This document shows, one piece after another, positions 21,087 through 29,431 of a stretch of DNA of 64,000 bases. The stretch comes from a virus: positions 1 to 64,000 of the IMG/VR virus record IMGVR_UViG_3300017917_001194; one strand, given 5' to 3'. Below the pieces are notes generated by a model. The model was not told the DNA's origin. It was given only the letters and a program-made list of their open reading frames with translations, and did not search any database. Each line of letters opens with the position of its first letter. The stretch's first letter is position 1. A program made the position numbers and the translations under genes.

Positions 21087-22115
21087 TTAGAATGTGTGAC
21101 GGATACCAACTGAAGCTACAGTTTGGTTAGCACCAGCTAATGGGCTTACAAACTCAGCATACTTTGATGAGCTGGCAGCGTTTTGAGCACTACCACCGTC
21201 TTGGTCTGAACGAGCACCGATTACATAAGCAGTTGTACGCTTGCTCAAGGCATAAGTTGCACCTAAAGCATAAACAGCTGGCTTAGCACCTGCGTCATTG
21301 TCAAACTTGTTGTACTGTGCCAATGCATTGATCTTGCCAGTAACAGGAACAGTTGCACCTACGAAGTAGCCTGATGGCTTGGCAGATGTACCTTCTGTCT
21401 TAGTCTGAGCATAACCTGCATTAACTTTAACAACTTTAGCGTCATAGCTTGCGCCAACGCTAGTTACTTCAGTCTTGGCATAACCAGCTGTAGTTGCGTT
21501 CTTGGCAACATAAGTTGCACCAACGCTTACTGGGCCATATACATAGTCGGCACCGATACCCCATGTGCGACCTGCTGTGCTTGTGCCAGCTACTTCACCT
21601 GCTGAATATTGACCGGTTACAGTCAAACCAGCGATGCTTGCAGTTTGTACTTCAACAGCGTTGCTCAAACGAACAGCTTGATCCAAGTTAACTGTACCAC
21701 TGTTAGTAGCTACCCAACCACCGATGTTGTTACCACCGAATGTGTCGTACTTGATAGCTTGTGTGTAATCGATACGATTGAAACGACCTAAACGTACTGA
21801 ACCTACACCAGCTTGATCTAACTTCAAGAAAGCCGCACGGTGGAACAAATCGTTACCACCTTGGCTACCTACGTCAGCAAGAATCTCGCCTTCAAGATTG
21901 AAGCTAGCCTTCAAGCCGTTACCTAAATCTTCACCACCTGTGATGCCGAAGCGTGATGTTGACAAACCGCCGTTGCTCATGCCAGTTACAGAAGAGCCTG
22001 TACCTTTTGCATTAGTAGCAGTTGTTACACCTAAATCTACAATACCGTAGATAGTCTGAGCAGAAGCCAGACCCGTGGCCGCGGCCAATAGTGTTGCAAT
22101 AACTAGTTTTTTCAT
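21087..22115 (-). CDS. Gram-negative trimeric porin (betaproteobacterial type)
   Basis: Signal peptide MKKLVIATLLAAATGLASA, TIYGIVD, SRFGITGGEDLGNGLKASFNLE, YALSKRT, C-terminal GIRHTF. Confidence 0.92.
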   Translation of the reverse strand: MKKLVIATLLAAATGLASAQTIYGIVDLGVTTATNAKGTGSSVTGMSNGGLSTSRFGITGGEDLGNGLKASFNLEGEILADVGSQGGNDLFHRAAFLKLDQAGVGSVRLGRFNRIDYTQAIKYDTFGGNNIGGWVATNSGTVNLDQAVRLSNAVEVQTASIAGLTVTGQYSAGEVAGTSTAGRTWGIGADYVYGPVSVGATYVAKNATTAGYAKTEVTSVGASYDAKVVKVNAGYAQTKTEGTSAKPSGYFVGATVPVTGKINALAQYNKFDNDAGAKPAVYALGATYALSKRTTAYVIGARSDQDGGSAQNAASSSKYAEFVSPLAGANQTVASVGIRHTF

Positions 22116-22270
22116 CGTTTCTCCTTTATATGAAATTGTGATATGTAAAATATATCATGATGATAGTGTGTTAAACACTTTGTGGACTAGAATAATACTT
22201 ATCTAATCTCAGTGTTACTACTTAATTTTATACTACTTTTCGGCATAAAGTCAACCTTAATATACCCAGA

Positions 22271-22624
22271 TTATACGTCTTTTTCTAAAGTAGCTATACC
22301 TAAACGGCTAGATACACCATTATGATTATCAGGTTGTATCCACATTTCGTCACCTTCGGCCCATACCTTCCAACGGTTATAGCGTGGATTATACAGAGGA
22401 AGATTAGTCATAGCGGTTTTATAATCGTATGTCCATCCGCGATCCATGTCCCATATAGGTTCGCGATTAGATAAACTAGCCCACATGTTTTCTTGTTCCA
22501 TGGTGCTACGACTTAGTGGTTGCCATTCAGCACGATCATATAAGTTGTAACTGATGGCCTGCGGTAAAAGTTTTTCGTCGTAATCCTTCTCACGGATTAA
22601 CACTTGTCGTCTAAGGATTTTCAT
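22271..22624 (-). CDS. Hypothetical protein
   Basis: Coupled ORF. Confidence 0.65.
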   Translation of the reverse strand: MKILRRQVLIREKDYDEKLLPQAISYNLYDRAEWQPLSRSTMEQENMWASLSNREPIWDMDRGWTYDYKTAMTNLPLYNPRYNRWKVWAEGDEMWIQPDNHNGVSSRLGIATLEKDV

Positions 22625-22869
22625 TTATGTTTTAGATAATCAAATACATCGCCGTACTCATAGAACCCGCCACCTGGACTCGTATGATACCTGCGATAGA
22701 CAGTTTGGCTGGGCCAATACCACTTACCCCGAACACGCTTGGGTAGACGTAATCTGTATGGTTGCCATGCCTGTTCTATCTTGATACGTTGTTCCATCTC
22801 CGCAAAATCTTTTTCCATTTTAGCAATTATACGATTGATGGTATTAGCACGTTTTTGACTTATGTTCAT
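22621..22869 (-). CDS. Hypothetical protein (LPKRVRGKWYW; resembles 52897-53142)
   Basis: Coupled ORF. Confidence 0.65.
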   Translation of the reverse strand: MNISQKRANTINRIIAKMEKDFAEMEQRIKIEQAWQPYRLRLPKRVRGKWYWPSQTVYRRYHTSPGGGFYEYGDVFDYLKHK

Positions 22870-23162
22870 TGTTCAGTAATATACTTTAATTGAAACCAAC
22901 TTTGTGTCGCTTGGTTGAAAAAATCTAAATGTATCTGATCTTCATAGTGATATCGATGATCAAATTCAGATACCAGTGCGTCATCGTGTACATTAAATGG
23001 AACTAATCCTTTGTGGCGTCTAACAGTAAATCCAAGTTCGCGTTTCATCTTCCACGTGATCATAATACTAGGACCATAGTCTCTTATTAACTGTCGGCTT
23101 ATGCTCTCCCACTCACGAGGCTTGTGAAATATAATTAAGTTTTTCTTAACGGTTATCTTCAC
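22866..23162 (-). CDS. Small paralogue-array protein (...QSWFQLKY)
   Basis: Shared C-terminal motif; coupled. Confidence 0.65.
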   Translation of the reverse strand: MKITVKKNLIIFHKPREWESISRQLIRDYGPSIMITWKMKRELGFTVRRHKGLVPFNVHDDALVSEFDHRYHYEDQIHLDFFNQATQSWFQLKYITEQ

Positions 23163-23429
23163 TTACAGTTCTTTGGCTTGTAGTTTCAACCAGGTTATAA
23201 TTTTTGGATCACATTTCTTGTGTACATCGCGTCCGTGCTCGCGAACTAATAGAATACCATTGGCATTTTCTAACCAAACGCGACTGGCCATTTGAAAGCA
23301 GGCATTGTGTAAAATCTTTTGACCAGTGCCATCAAGTTCTTCGGGGTGATATCCACGCTGAAAGGCATAACGCACAGGTTCGTTAAACAATTTAGTTCCT
23401 TGCGGAAATTCGTAGTAGTAATCAATCAT
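23163..23429 (-). CDS. Small paralogue-array protein (...ITWLKLQ)
   Basis: Divergent version of shared C-terminal motif. Confidence 0.6.
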   Translation of the reverse strand: MIDYYYEFPQGTKLFNEPVRYAFQRGYHPEELDGTGQKILHNACFQMASRVWLENANGILLVREHGRDVHKKCDPKIITWLKLQAKEL

Positions 23430-23710
23430 TTTGTTTTCCACTTTAATGAGAACATTGTAGCATCTTTTGCTTCTTCAAACAACCATTTACCCAGATGTTC
23501 TTGATGTTGACCTGTACAGTTTTGGTCTACCCAGTTCTTAACCTCCATCCAGGTTTGAGTATCATCGCCATCTCCACGATAGTAATCAACTTCAACCACA
23601 GCCCAGCCGACTCGTATCATAACATCGCATAGAACATCAAAGTCCATAGTGTGTTGCATTTCTTCAGCTAGCTCATCTACAATAACGCCTTCTAGTTCTC
23701 TTCCGTTCAT
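23426..23710 (-). CDS. Small paralogue-array protein (...DATMFSLKW)
   Basis: Shared motif; ATGA overlap start. Confidence 0.7.
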   Translation of the reverse strand: MNGRELEGVIVDELAEEMQHTMDFDVLCDVMIRVGWAVVEVDYYRGDGDDTQTWMEVKNWVDQNCTGQHQEHLGKWLFEEAKDATMFSLKWKTK

Positions 23711-23934
23711 ACGCACCTCAGAGCAAATTCCACAGCCTTGGCTCGATCTTTGAAGAAGTAGTAATATCCATCTTCGGTGAACGTACAATACGCCCACTCA
23801 CCTTTTGGTACATGGTCCCAACACCAAGCGGTTTGTGACAGCAACTTATTATATCCAGCGTTAACCATGTGAGGGAAGGACTCGAGATACACATCAATCA
23901 CTCGATTCATTCTGGCTCGTTCTTTTCTACTCAT
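23707..23934 (-). CDS. Small paralogue-array protein (...KAVEFALRC)
   Basis: Shared motif; ATGA overlap start. Confidence 0.7.
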   Translation of the reverse strand: MSRKERARMNRVIDVYLESFPHMVNAGYNKLLSQTAWCWDHVPKGEWAYCTFTEDGYYYFFKDRAKAVEFALRCV

Positions 23935-24122
23935 TGTGCCCATTTTAACCTAAACCAAGTAGCATCGCGTTCTTCTGTAAACAACACTGAGATAGATTTA
24001 TTCCTACCACGCACACCTAGGTGTAAAAAACTTGCTAACTGTTGAGCATCTAACGAAATCTCACCGCGTCTATCCCACGCACGATCTCCCGTAAGGTCAA
24101 CTCTATAAGCACCAGTAGTCAT
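23931..24122 (-). CDS. Small paralogue-array protein (...DATWFRLKW)
   Basis: Shared motif; ATGA overlap start. Confidence 0.7.
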   Translation of the reverse strand: MTTGAYRVDLTGDRAWDRRGEISLDAQQLASFLHLGVRGRNKSISVLFTEERDATWFRLKWAQ

Positions 24123-24343
24123 GACCACCTTAATTTAAACACTACAGCATCCTGCTCGTGAGCAAAGTGATAGATGTTTTCTGCCCATTTAGCAGTAACA
24201 CACCAAGGATGATCTTCGTCAACTTGATCTCTGTGTGGAGCAAGAGCACCTACATTATCCAATAACCAACAATGAATGACTTCTTCAGTTTGAACCACAC
24301 GCTCAATCATATGCAATGGTAAACTAACTTCTGCTCGAATCAT
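24119..24343 (-). CDS. Small paralogue-array protein (...DAVVFKLRW)
   Basis: Shared motif. Confidence 0.7.
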   Translation of the reverse strand: MIRAEVSLPLHMIERVVQTEEVIHCWLLDNVGALAPHRDQVDEDHPWCVTAKWAENIYHFAHEQDAVVFKLRWS

Positions 24344-24555
24344 GCAAATCTCAACAAGAATCCTGTGTACTTCTTTTCATCTACAACTTTGATAAACATT
24401 TCTCCATGCTCTATACCCCATTGTTCCAGCAACCATTCGCGGTATCCTTCTGGGTAACTCTGCATGGGAGTGTCGAACTCTCGACCATAAAAGTCAATAG
24501 CACGTTGTACAGCGTCCCAATTGATCACTCTTTTATCCATCATCATTATAGTCAT
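24340..24555 (-). CDS. Small paralogue-array protein (...KYTGFLLRF)
   Basis: Shared motif. Confidence 0.7.
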   Translation of the reverse strand: MTIMMMDKRVINWDAVQRAIDFYGREFDTPMQSYPEGYREWLLEQWGIEHGEMFIKVVDEKKYTGFLLRFA

Positions 24556-24776
24556 CCAAACCTCAACATAAAAGCAGTATAGTCAGCATCGTCAGGGAAC
24601 TCAATCCAGAACTTGGTATCTTCCCAAAAGTACTTTCGATGACTCATATGGTGTAATCCAAAGTGCTCACGCCACAATGCACCCATGATTTTAGGAGTAA
24701 CGGGTTCCATAGACATTATGACTTGGCTGGCACGATTGTATGCTTCACCTAGTTGTTCTCTAGTGGTTTTGACCAT
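24552..24776 (-). CDS. Small paralogue-array protein (...DYTAFMLRF)
   Basis: Shared motif. Confidence 0.7.
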   Translation of the reverse strand: MVKTTREQLGEAYNRASQVIMSMEPVTPKIMGALWREHFGLHHMSHRKYFWEDTKFWIEFPDDADYTAFMLRFG

Positions 24777-25104
24777 TTGGAAAGCTCAACATAAACCAGT
24801 TTAGTGTAGCATCATCGGCAATATACAATCTATACTCTGAATACTTGATTGAGTATGCCCATGCTTTATTGTGTTCAGCAACTTCTTTATCACGTGTGGC
24901 CTTAATAATCTCGGCACGTGTTTCTACATCCTGGCTCCAACCAAATTTCTCGTTGAACCAACGACGGCATTGATCGAATTCCAATACTCCTGTGCGTAGC
25001 ATAATTCGTCTAATATCAGGTCGTTGACGTTTAAACTCAACCATCCACGCAAAGTCACTGTGCCAAGCATGTCGTTTATCAAGTTTAGTTACAGTATAGT
25101 TCAT
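24760..25104 (-). CDS. Small paralogue-array protein; close duplicate of 25513-25851
   Basis: MNYTVTKLDKRHAWH...RRWFNEKFGWSQDVETR...DDATLNWF. Confidence 0.75.
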   Translation of the reverse strand: MNYTVTKLDKRHAWHSDFAWMVEFKRQRPDIRRIMLRTGVLEFDQCRRWFNEKFGWSQDVETRAEIIKATRDKEVAEHNKAWAYSIKYSEYRLYIADDATLNWFMLSFPNGQNH

Positions 25105-25328
25105 TCTAATCCCCACTTCATAACGAACGCTAGGTAATCCTTTTCCTTATGAAACTGATAGTACACAGGATTCCAACCGGACCAACAATACCTGCGACCC
25201 TTGCCTTTGCGTCCGTAGTTCTTGATCAACCAATCGGCACGTTGCTCGTCTACGAACCAATCGTCACCTGATAACGATACATAATATTTCCAGTATCTCC
25301 GCGAGTAACGTTTTTGTTTAGAGTTCAT
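25101..25328 (-). CDS. Small paralogue-array protein (...DYLAFVMKW)
   Basis: Shared motif. Confidence 0.7.
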   Translation of the reverse strand: MNSKQKRYSRRYWKYYVSLSGDDWFVDEQRADWLIKNYGRKGKGRRYCWSGWNPVYYQFHKEKDYLAFVMKWGLE

Positions 25329-25516
25329 GCCCACCTCAAAGCAAACATTATAGCATCATCTACCAATTCAAATCTAGCACGACGTGTAGCGGTGCCAGGA
25401 GGGCCATAGATATTATAGTTGCCCTTGCAGTTATCTCTGCACCACTGATGTAGGGCTTCGATATCTTTGTATCGTGTGACACGAGCAGTAACTTCAGTCC
25501 AAGGTTGATTGATCAT
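25325..25516 (-). CDS. Small paralogue-array protein (...DAIMFALRW)
   Basis: Shared motif. Confidence 0.7.
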   Translation of the reverse strand: MINQPWTEVTARVTRYKDIEALHQWCRDNCKGNYNIYGPPGTATRRARFELVDDAIMFALRWA

Positions 25517-25851
25517 TTGTCCACCTTTGGATGACTTAGAACAAACCAATTGAGTGTGGCATCATCGTGTACATAAATTCTATAATCGTTGTACTTGATT
25601 GAATAGGCCCAAGCAGTATTAAACGCTTCTGGTAATTTGTCAAGTGGTGCTGATTTGATTATACTAGCACGAGTTTCTACATCCTGGCTCCACCCAAACT
25701 TTTCATTAAACCAACGACGACTCCGATCAAACTCTAGCACTCCAGTAGTGGTGTGTGGTGCATTGATGCGACTTTTCTTAAACTCAATCATCCACTTAAA
25801 TGACTGGTGCCACGAGTGTCTGTGATCTAACTTGGTTATTTCATAGTTCAT
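25513..25851 (-). CDS. Small paralogue-array protein; close duplicate of 24760-25104
   Basis: MNYEITKLDHRHSWH...RRWFNEKFGWSQDVETR...DDATLNWF. Confidence 0.75.
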   Translation of the reverse strand: MNYEITKLDHRHSWHQSFKWMIEFKKSRINAPHTTTGVLEFDRSRRWFNEKFGWSQDVETRASIIKSAPLDKLPEAFNTAWAYSIKYNDYRIYVHDDATLNWFVLSHPKVDK

Positions 25852-25852
25852 G

Positions 25853-26107
25853 TTATGACCATTTTAATTGCAACATCGTCATAATATCTTGTCGTCTGAT
25901 TTGATATTGGTGATTGCCCATATTATGATATTGCTTACCAGACCAGTTTCTTTCCCATGGTGTTAACCCGGATGCCGGAGTGCGTTGTTCGGCACCAAAT
26001 GTTTGAGTAAGCCACTCATATAAATCGTCGGACTTATCATCAACTGCTACAGTCCAATGAGGATGATTATATCCGTTTCTGTGTTTTTGTATATATTTGA
26101 TTTTCAT
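25853..26107 (-). CDS. Small paralogue-array protein (...IMTMLQLKW)
   Basis: Shared motif. Confidence 0.7.
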   Translation of the reverse strand: MKIKYIQKHRNGYNHPHWTVAVDDKSDDLYEWLTQTFGAEQRTPASGLTPWERNWSGKQYHNMGNHQYQIRRQDIMTMLQLKWS

Positions 26108-26188
26108 GATTACCCTTAGATCAAAAGGAAGGAGGGCAGTGCGAACACAGCCCTGTGAATCTTAATACACCACCCTCCTATAAGCTAC

Positions 26189-27274
26189 TTAGGCGCTTGC
26201 CTGTAAAATGTACTTGCCGTAGCGTTGGTGGAACTCGTCAAAGTTCTTCAACTTAGTAGGCTGGAATGGAAGATTATAGGTTGTCAAAGCAATCCTTGCC
26301 CCCATCACAACCAACTCAGTTTCAAAGTTCTTCATCATGTAAGCAAAGAATCTATCTGCCATTTCATGGAACTTCTTGTCCTCAACCTTCTTCTCTACAG
26401 CACCTTTCAACTCATAGCACATAGAAATCACTAGCGAATACATAGCTGACACTTCCTTGACATCCAAGCTGTCAGTTTTACCTGACAAGATGTCTTCTGG
26501 CTTGGGCATACGTCCAGCAATCTTGCGGTGTGCCATAAATTTAACAGCAAGGCCTTCACCTACAGTACCTGCGATCAAGTTCATTGTGGTGTCATCATCG
26601 TGATCTTCGTCCTCTAACAACTGGCTCACGAATGTCCATGAACGTGGTGTGGCAAAAGCACGTGACGCTGACTTGGCATCAAAATCATACAAGTCTTGCT
26701 TGGCGAAGCTCAAGTAACCTACTACGTCCTTGTGGATTTTGTTTTGTACAGCCCACTCTTGCCAGCTAGGGAAGTCCACACGCATTTCCTGGTGAACAAA
26801 GCGGTTGGCAAGTGGTGTTGGCATACGGAATGTTACACCTTTGTCCGACTCTCTGTTACCTGCGGCAACCAAAACTACATTGTCTGGCAATGTATATTTG
26901 CCGATACGACGGTTCAAGATCAACTGATAAGCGGCGGCCTGAACTGAAGGTGCGGCAGAGTTCATCTCATCCAAGAATAGCACAACAATAGGATACTGAC
27001 TAGCTAGTTCTTGACTTGGCAAGTCGATAGGCTCGGCCCAGTCCATCTTACCCAAGTCCTTATTGTAGTAAGGAATACCACGGATATCGGTGGGCTCCAT
27101 CTGACCTAGACGCAAGTCAATCATATAACCACCTAGTTCTTGGGTGATACCCTCAACTAGTTCTGACTTACCAATTCCTGGAGGACCCCAAAGGAACAAT
27201 GGGCGTTTGGCTTTAAATGCTTTGAGCAAACTTTTGCGAGCTTGCGAACTTGTAACTGTTCTTGATTCTGACAT
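26189..27274 (-). CDS. MoxR-type AAA+ ATPase
   Basis: GPPGIGKS Walker A, LFLDE Walker B, AAGN sensor 1, PLANRF Arg finger, TPRSW. Confidence 0.9.
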   Translation of the reverse strand: MSESRTVTSSQARKSLLKAFKAKRPLFLWGPPGIGKSELVEGITQELGGYMIDLRLGQMEPTDIRGIPYYNKDLGKMDWAEPIDLPSQELASQYPIVVLFLDEMNSAAPSVQAAAYQLILNRRIGKYTLPDNVVLVAAGNRESDKGVTFRMPTPLANRFVHQEMRVDFPSWQEWAVQNKIHKDVVGYLSFAKQDLYDFDAKSASRAFATPRSWTFVSQLLEDEDHDDDTTMNLIAGTVGEGLAVKFMAHRKIAGRMPKPEDILSGKTDSLDVKEVSAMYSLVISMCYELKGAVEKKVEDKKFHEMADRFFAYMMKNFETELVVMGARIALTTYNLPFQPTKLKNFDEFHQRYGKYILQASA

Positions 27275-27319
27275 GGCTGTGTCCTTTATTTAAAAGTTAA
27301 TAACGATACTACAAATACT

Positions 27320-27348
27320 ATTATAACGATACTGCCTTTACTGGTCAA
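27320..27348 (-). promoter_or_regulatory. sigma70-type early promoter of the AAA+ operon
   Basis: TTGACC-N17-TATAAT. Confidence 0.8.
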
Positions 27349-27596
27349 TCCCAGGATTTCTTATCTCCATACTGTTCATTATAATCGTAACCTGCTTGAT
27401 ACTCGGCAACTTCTTCTGGGGTGAGTTCAATTACTGCTTCACCTCGATAAGTACCATAGGGATACCAATGGGCATTGGCTGGACGACCGTAATAACTGTC
27501 AGCCGCACCACGATCATATAAACTACCATGACGCTTGCGATCAAACTGATCACCACGTAGAGCGTTGAATACTTGTTCTTTTTCTGATAACATCAT
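27345..27596 (-). CDS. Hypothetical protein (HGSLYDRGAADSYYGR)
   Basis: AGGAG RBS. Confidence 0.7.
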   Translation of the reverse strand: MMLSEKEQVFNALRGDQFDRKRHGSLYDRGAADSYYGRPANAHWYPYGTYRGEAVIELTPEEVAEYQAGYDYNEQYGDKKSWD

Positions 27597-27602
27597 TGCT
27601 CC

Positions 27603-27848
27603 TTAACTGTTTACAGTTTCGAATGGGCTGGTAGTTTCAACCACACCAAAATCCGCTTCAACTTGATCTTGGTCAACTAATAGTGTTGACACAAGTTCAT
27701 CTCTCCAACGCAATCTAATAGGTTGATCAAGCAGAATGGTGTATTGAACTGCACCACCTAGTTTAACACGACTGTCAACTACTACACCAACCACACGATC
27801 ACCGTGATAGTTAGCACGAATTGTTGATCCATCTTTAGTCCAGCTCAT
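27603..27848 (-). CDS. Hypothetical protein
   Basis: AGGAG RBS; promoter TTGACC-N17-TACAAT at 27878-27906. Confidence 0.7.
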   Translation of the reverse strand: MSWTKDGSTIRANYHGDRVVGVVVDSRVKLGGAVQYTILLDQPIRLRWRDELVSTLLVDQDQVEADFGVVETTSPFETVNS

Positions 27849-27967
27849 CTTAACTCCTTATTATTAACTATACTAATATTGTAACAAAAGGCGAGATTCT
27901 GGTCAAGTGTGCTAAGTCATTGATTTTATTAAAGAAAAACCCCTTAAGAATCAAGGGGTTATAAGTG

Positions 27968-28531
27968 TTACATACAAGGACCGTTGCCGTTCCTGAATCC
28001 AACTGTGCCACCTTCTTCTTGAATACGCTTGATTACGTCTTCAAACAAGATGGGTGCAAAGTCGGGAGTTTGTTCTACACAAACACAATGGTACCGTAAA
28101 TCTATAGCACCATCTTTCATTACACGAGCACCGTGCAAGTGACCATGAATGTTTACACCAAATCTACCCAACGACGCATCGTGGATAGGAATGTGTGATA
28201 AGATCATTCCGTTCATCACATGGTAAGCACGAAGTTCTCTAAAGTATTGACGATAGTCATCATCTCTAAAGATATCGTGGTTGCCACGGATTAACACTTT
28301 GTCACCATTCAAACGTGCCAATGTAGTCAAAGCTCTGCGGTTAATAACCACATCGCCTAAATGGTACACTTTGTCCTTTGGACCTACACGCTCGTTCCAT
28401 GCCTTGACCATAGCTTCATCCATTTCTGCTGGATCATCCCATGGACGCATTTTAGACCCGTCTGCGTTGGTAAAGCGGCACACGCCTGCATGACCAAAGT
28501 GCGTGTCGCTAACTAAAAATACTGCTGGCAT
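27968..28531 (-). CDS. Calcineurin-like metallophosphoesterase
   Basis: SDTHFGH, LGD, GNHD, HGHLH. Confidence 0.9.
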   Translation of the reverse strand: MPAVFLVSDTHFGHAGVCRFTNADGSKMRPWDDPAEMDEAMVKAWNERVGPKDKVYHLGDVVINRRALTTLARLNGDKVLIRGNHDIFRDDDYRQYFRELRAYHVMNGMILSHIPIHDASLGRFGVNIHGHLHGARVMKDGAIDLRYHCVCVEQTPDFAPILFEDVIKRIQEEGGTVGFRNGNGPCM

Positions 28532-28558
28532 TGTGCCCTCCTTTCTGATTAATATATA

Positions 28559-28587
28559 ATTATAACAGACTAGGAGATTTTGGTCAA
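28559..28587 (-). promoter_or_regulatory. sigma70-type early promoter
   Basis: TTGACC-N17-TATAAT. Confidence 0.75.
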
Positions 28588-28592
28588 CCGTT

Positions 28593-29024
28593 TTACTCGG
28601 GGAAAATCCTACCTGTTACACTCATTCTAAACTGGCCCTTCTCTACACCCTGAACATCATGGTACCGATCAGCTTCGAGTATGTGCCACCGACCCGGCTC
28701 AATAACATATGAGTGCGTAAGGGTCGTTTGATCATCCTCATAAAAATTAGTAGAGACATTGCCTCCGCCGGTTTTTAATAGATAGACCAGTTTTATTTTT
28801 GTTCCAACGTCCTTATGTTGAGGTAAATCTCCACCTATGATTTGAAATCCCCAATACATCTCTTTAGAGATATTTTCTTTGCACCAGGCATTTATTTCTT
28901 GATTAAATGAATCAGTCCACGCATAATCAGCATGTTTTACTTTAAATTTATAATCTTCTGCTTGGTTTGGCAGTTGACTAATAATATCATCTGGTATAGG
29001 CGGAAGATTAATATAACGAATCAT
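28593..29024 (-). CDS. 2OG-Fe(II)/cupin-like oxygenase
   Basis: HKD...YH...R facial-triad-like pattern. Confidence 0.55.
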   Translation of the reverse strand: MIRYINLPPIPDDIISQLPNQAEDYKFKVKHADYAWTDSFNQEINAWCKENISKEMYWGFQIIGGDLPQHKDVGTKIKLVYLLKTGGGNVSTNFYEDDQTTLTHSYVIEPGRWHILEADRYHDVQGVEKGQFRMSVTGRIFPE

Positions 29025-29188
29025 CTACCTCGACCTGCGGCCTTTTTCATAGGCTTACCAGCACCAACTGGGGGTGCTGTTTTCTTTTTTGATGACTTGT
29101 CATCTTTAATACCATCTTCGTTTTCTAGATGGTGTTTACCTTGCTTCTTAGCCAATGCGGCCTTAAGTGTGTCGGTTAGTTTGCTCAT
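29021..29188 (-). CDS. Small basic protein (55 aa, ends KKAAGRGR)
   Basis: Manually translated; GGAG upstream; coupled to neighbours. Confidence 0.6.
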   Translation of the reverse strand: MSKLTDTLKAALAKKQGKHHLENEDGIKDDKSSKKKTAPPVGAGKPMKKAAGRGR

Positions 29189-29349
29189 TAGTTAGACTTC
29201 TCCTTCGAACGGCGAGGTTGTTGTTGAGACGCATATTCAGCGTCAACTAAGGCTTTCTTCCATGCACCACGTTGATGTGAATTTTTGATAATAGCCAAAG
29301 CTCGTTTAGCTTCTTTACTTAGTTTAAATGCGCCTGTTGTTTTTGCCAT
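29188..29349 (-). CDS. Small basic protein (53 aa, MAKTTGAFKLSKEAKR...)
   Basis: Manually translated; AGGAGA RBS. Confidence 0.6.
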   Translation of the reverse strand: MAKTTGAFKLSKEAKRALAIIKNSHQRGAWKKALVDAEYASQQQPRRSKEKSN

Positions 29350-29431
29350 TTTATTCTCCTAATTAAATATGTTAGTATCATTATAGCACAAAAAATCACA
29401 AAAGCAACTCAGACTGGATAACTATTTACTT

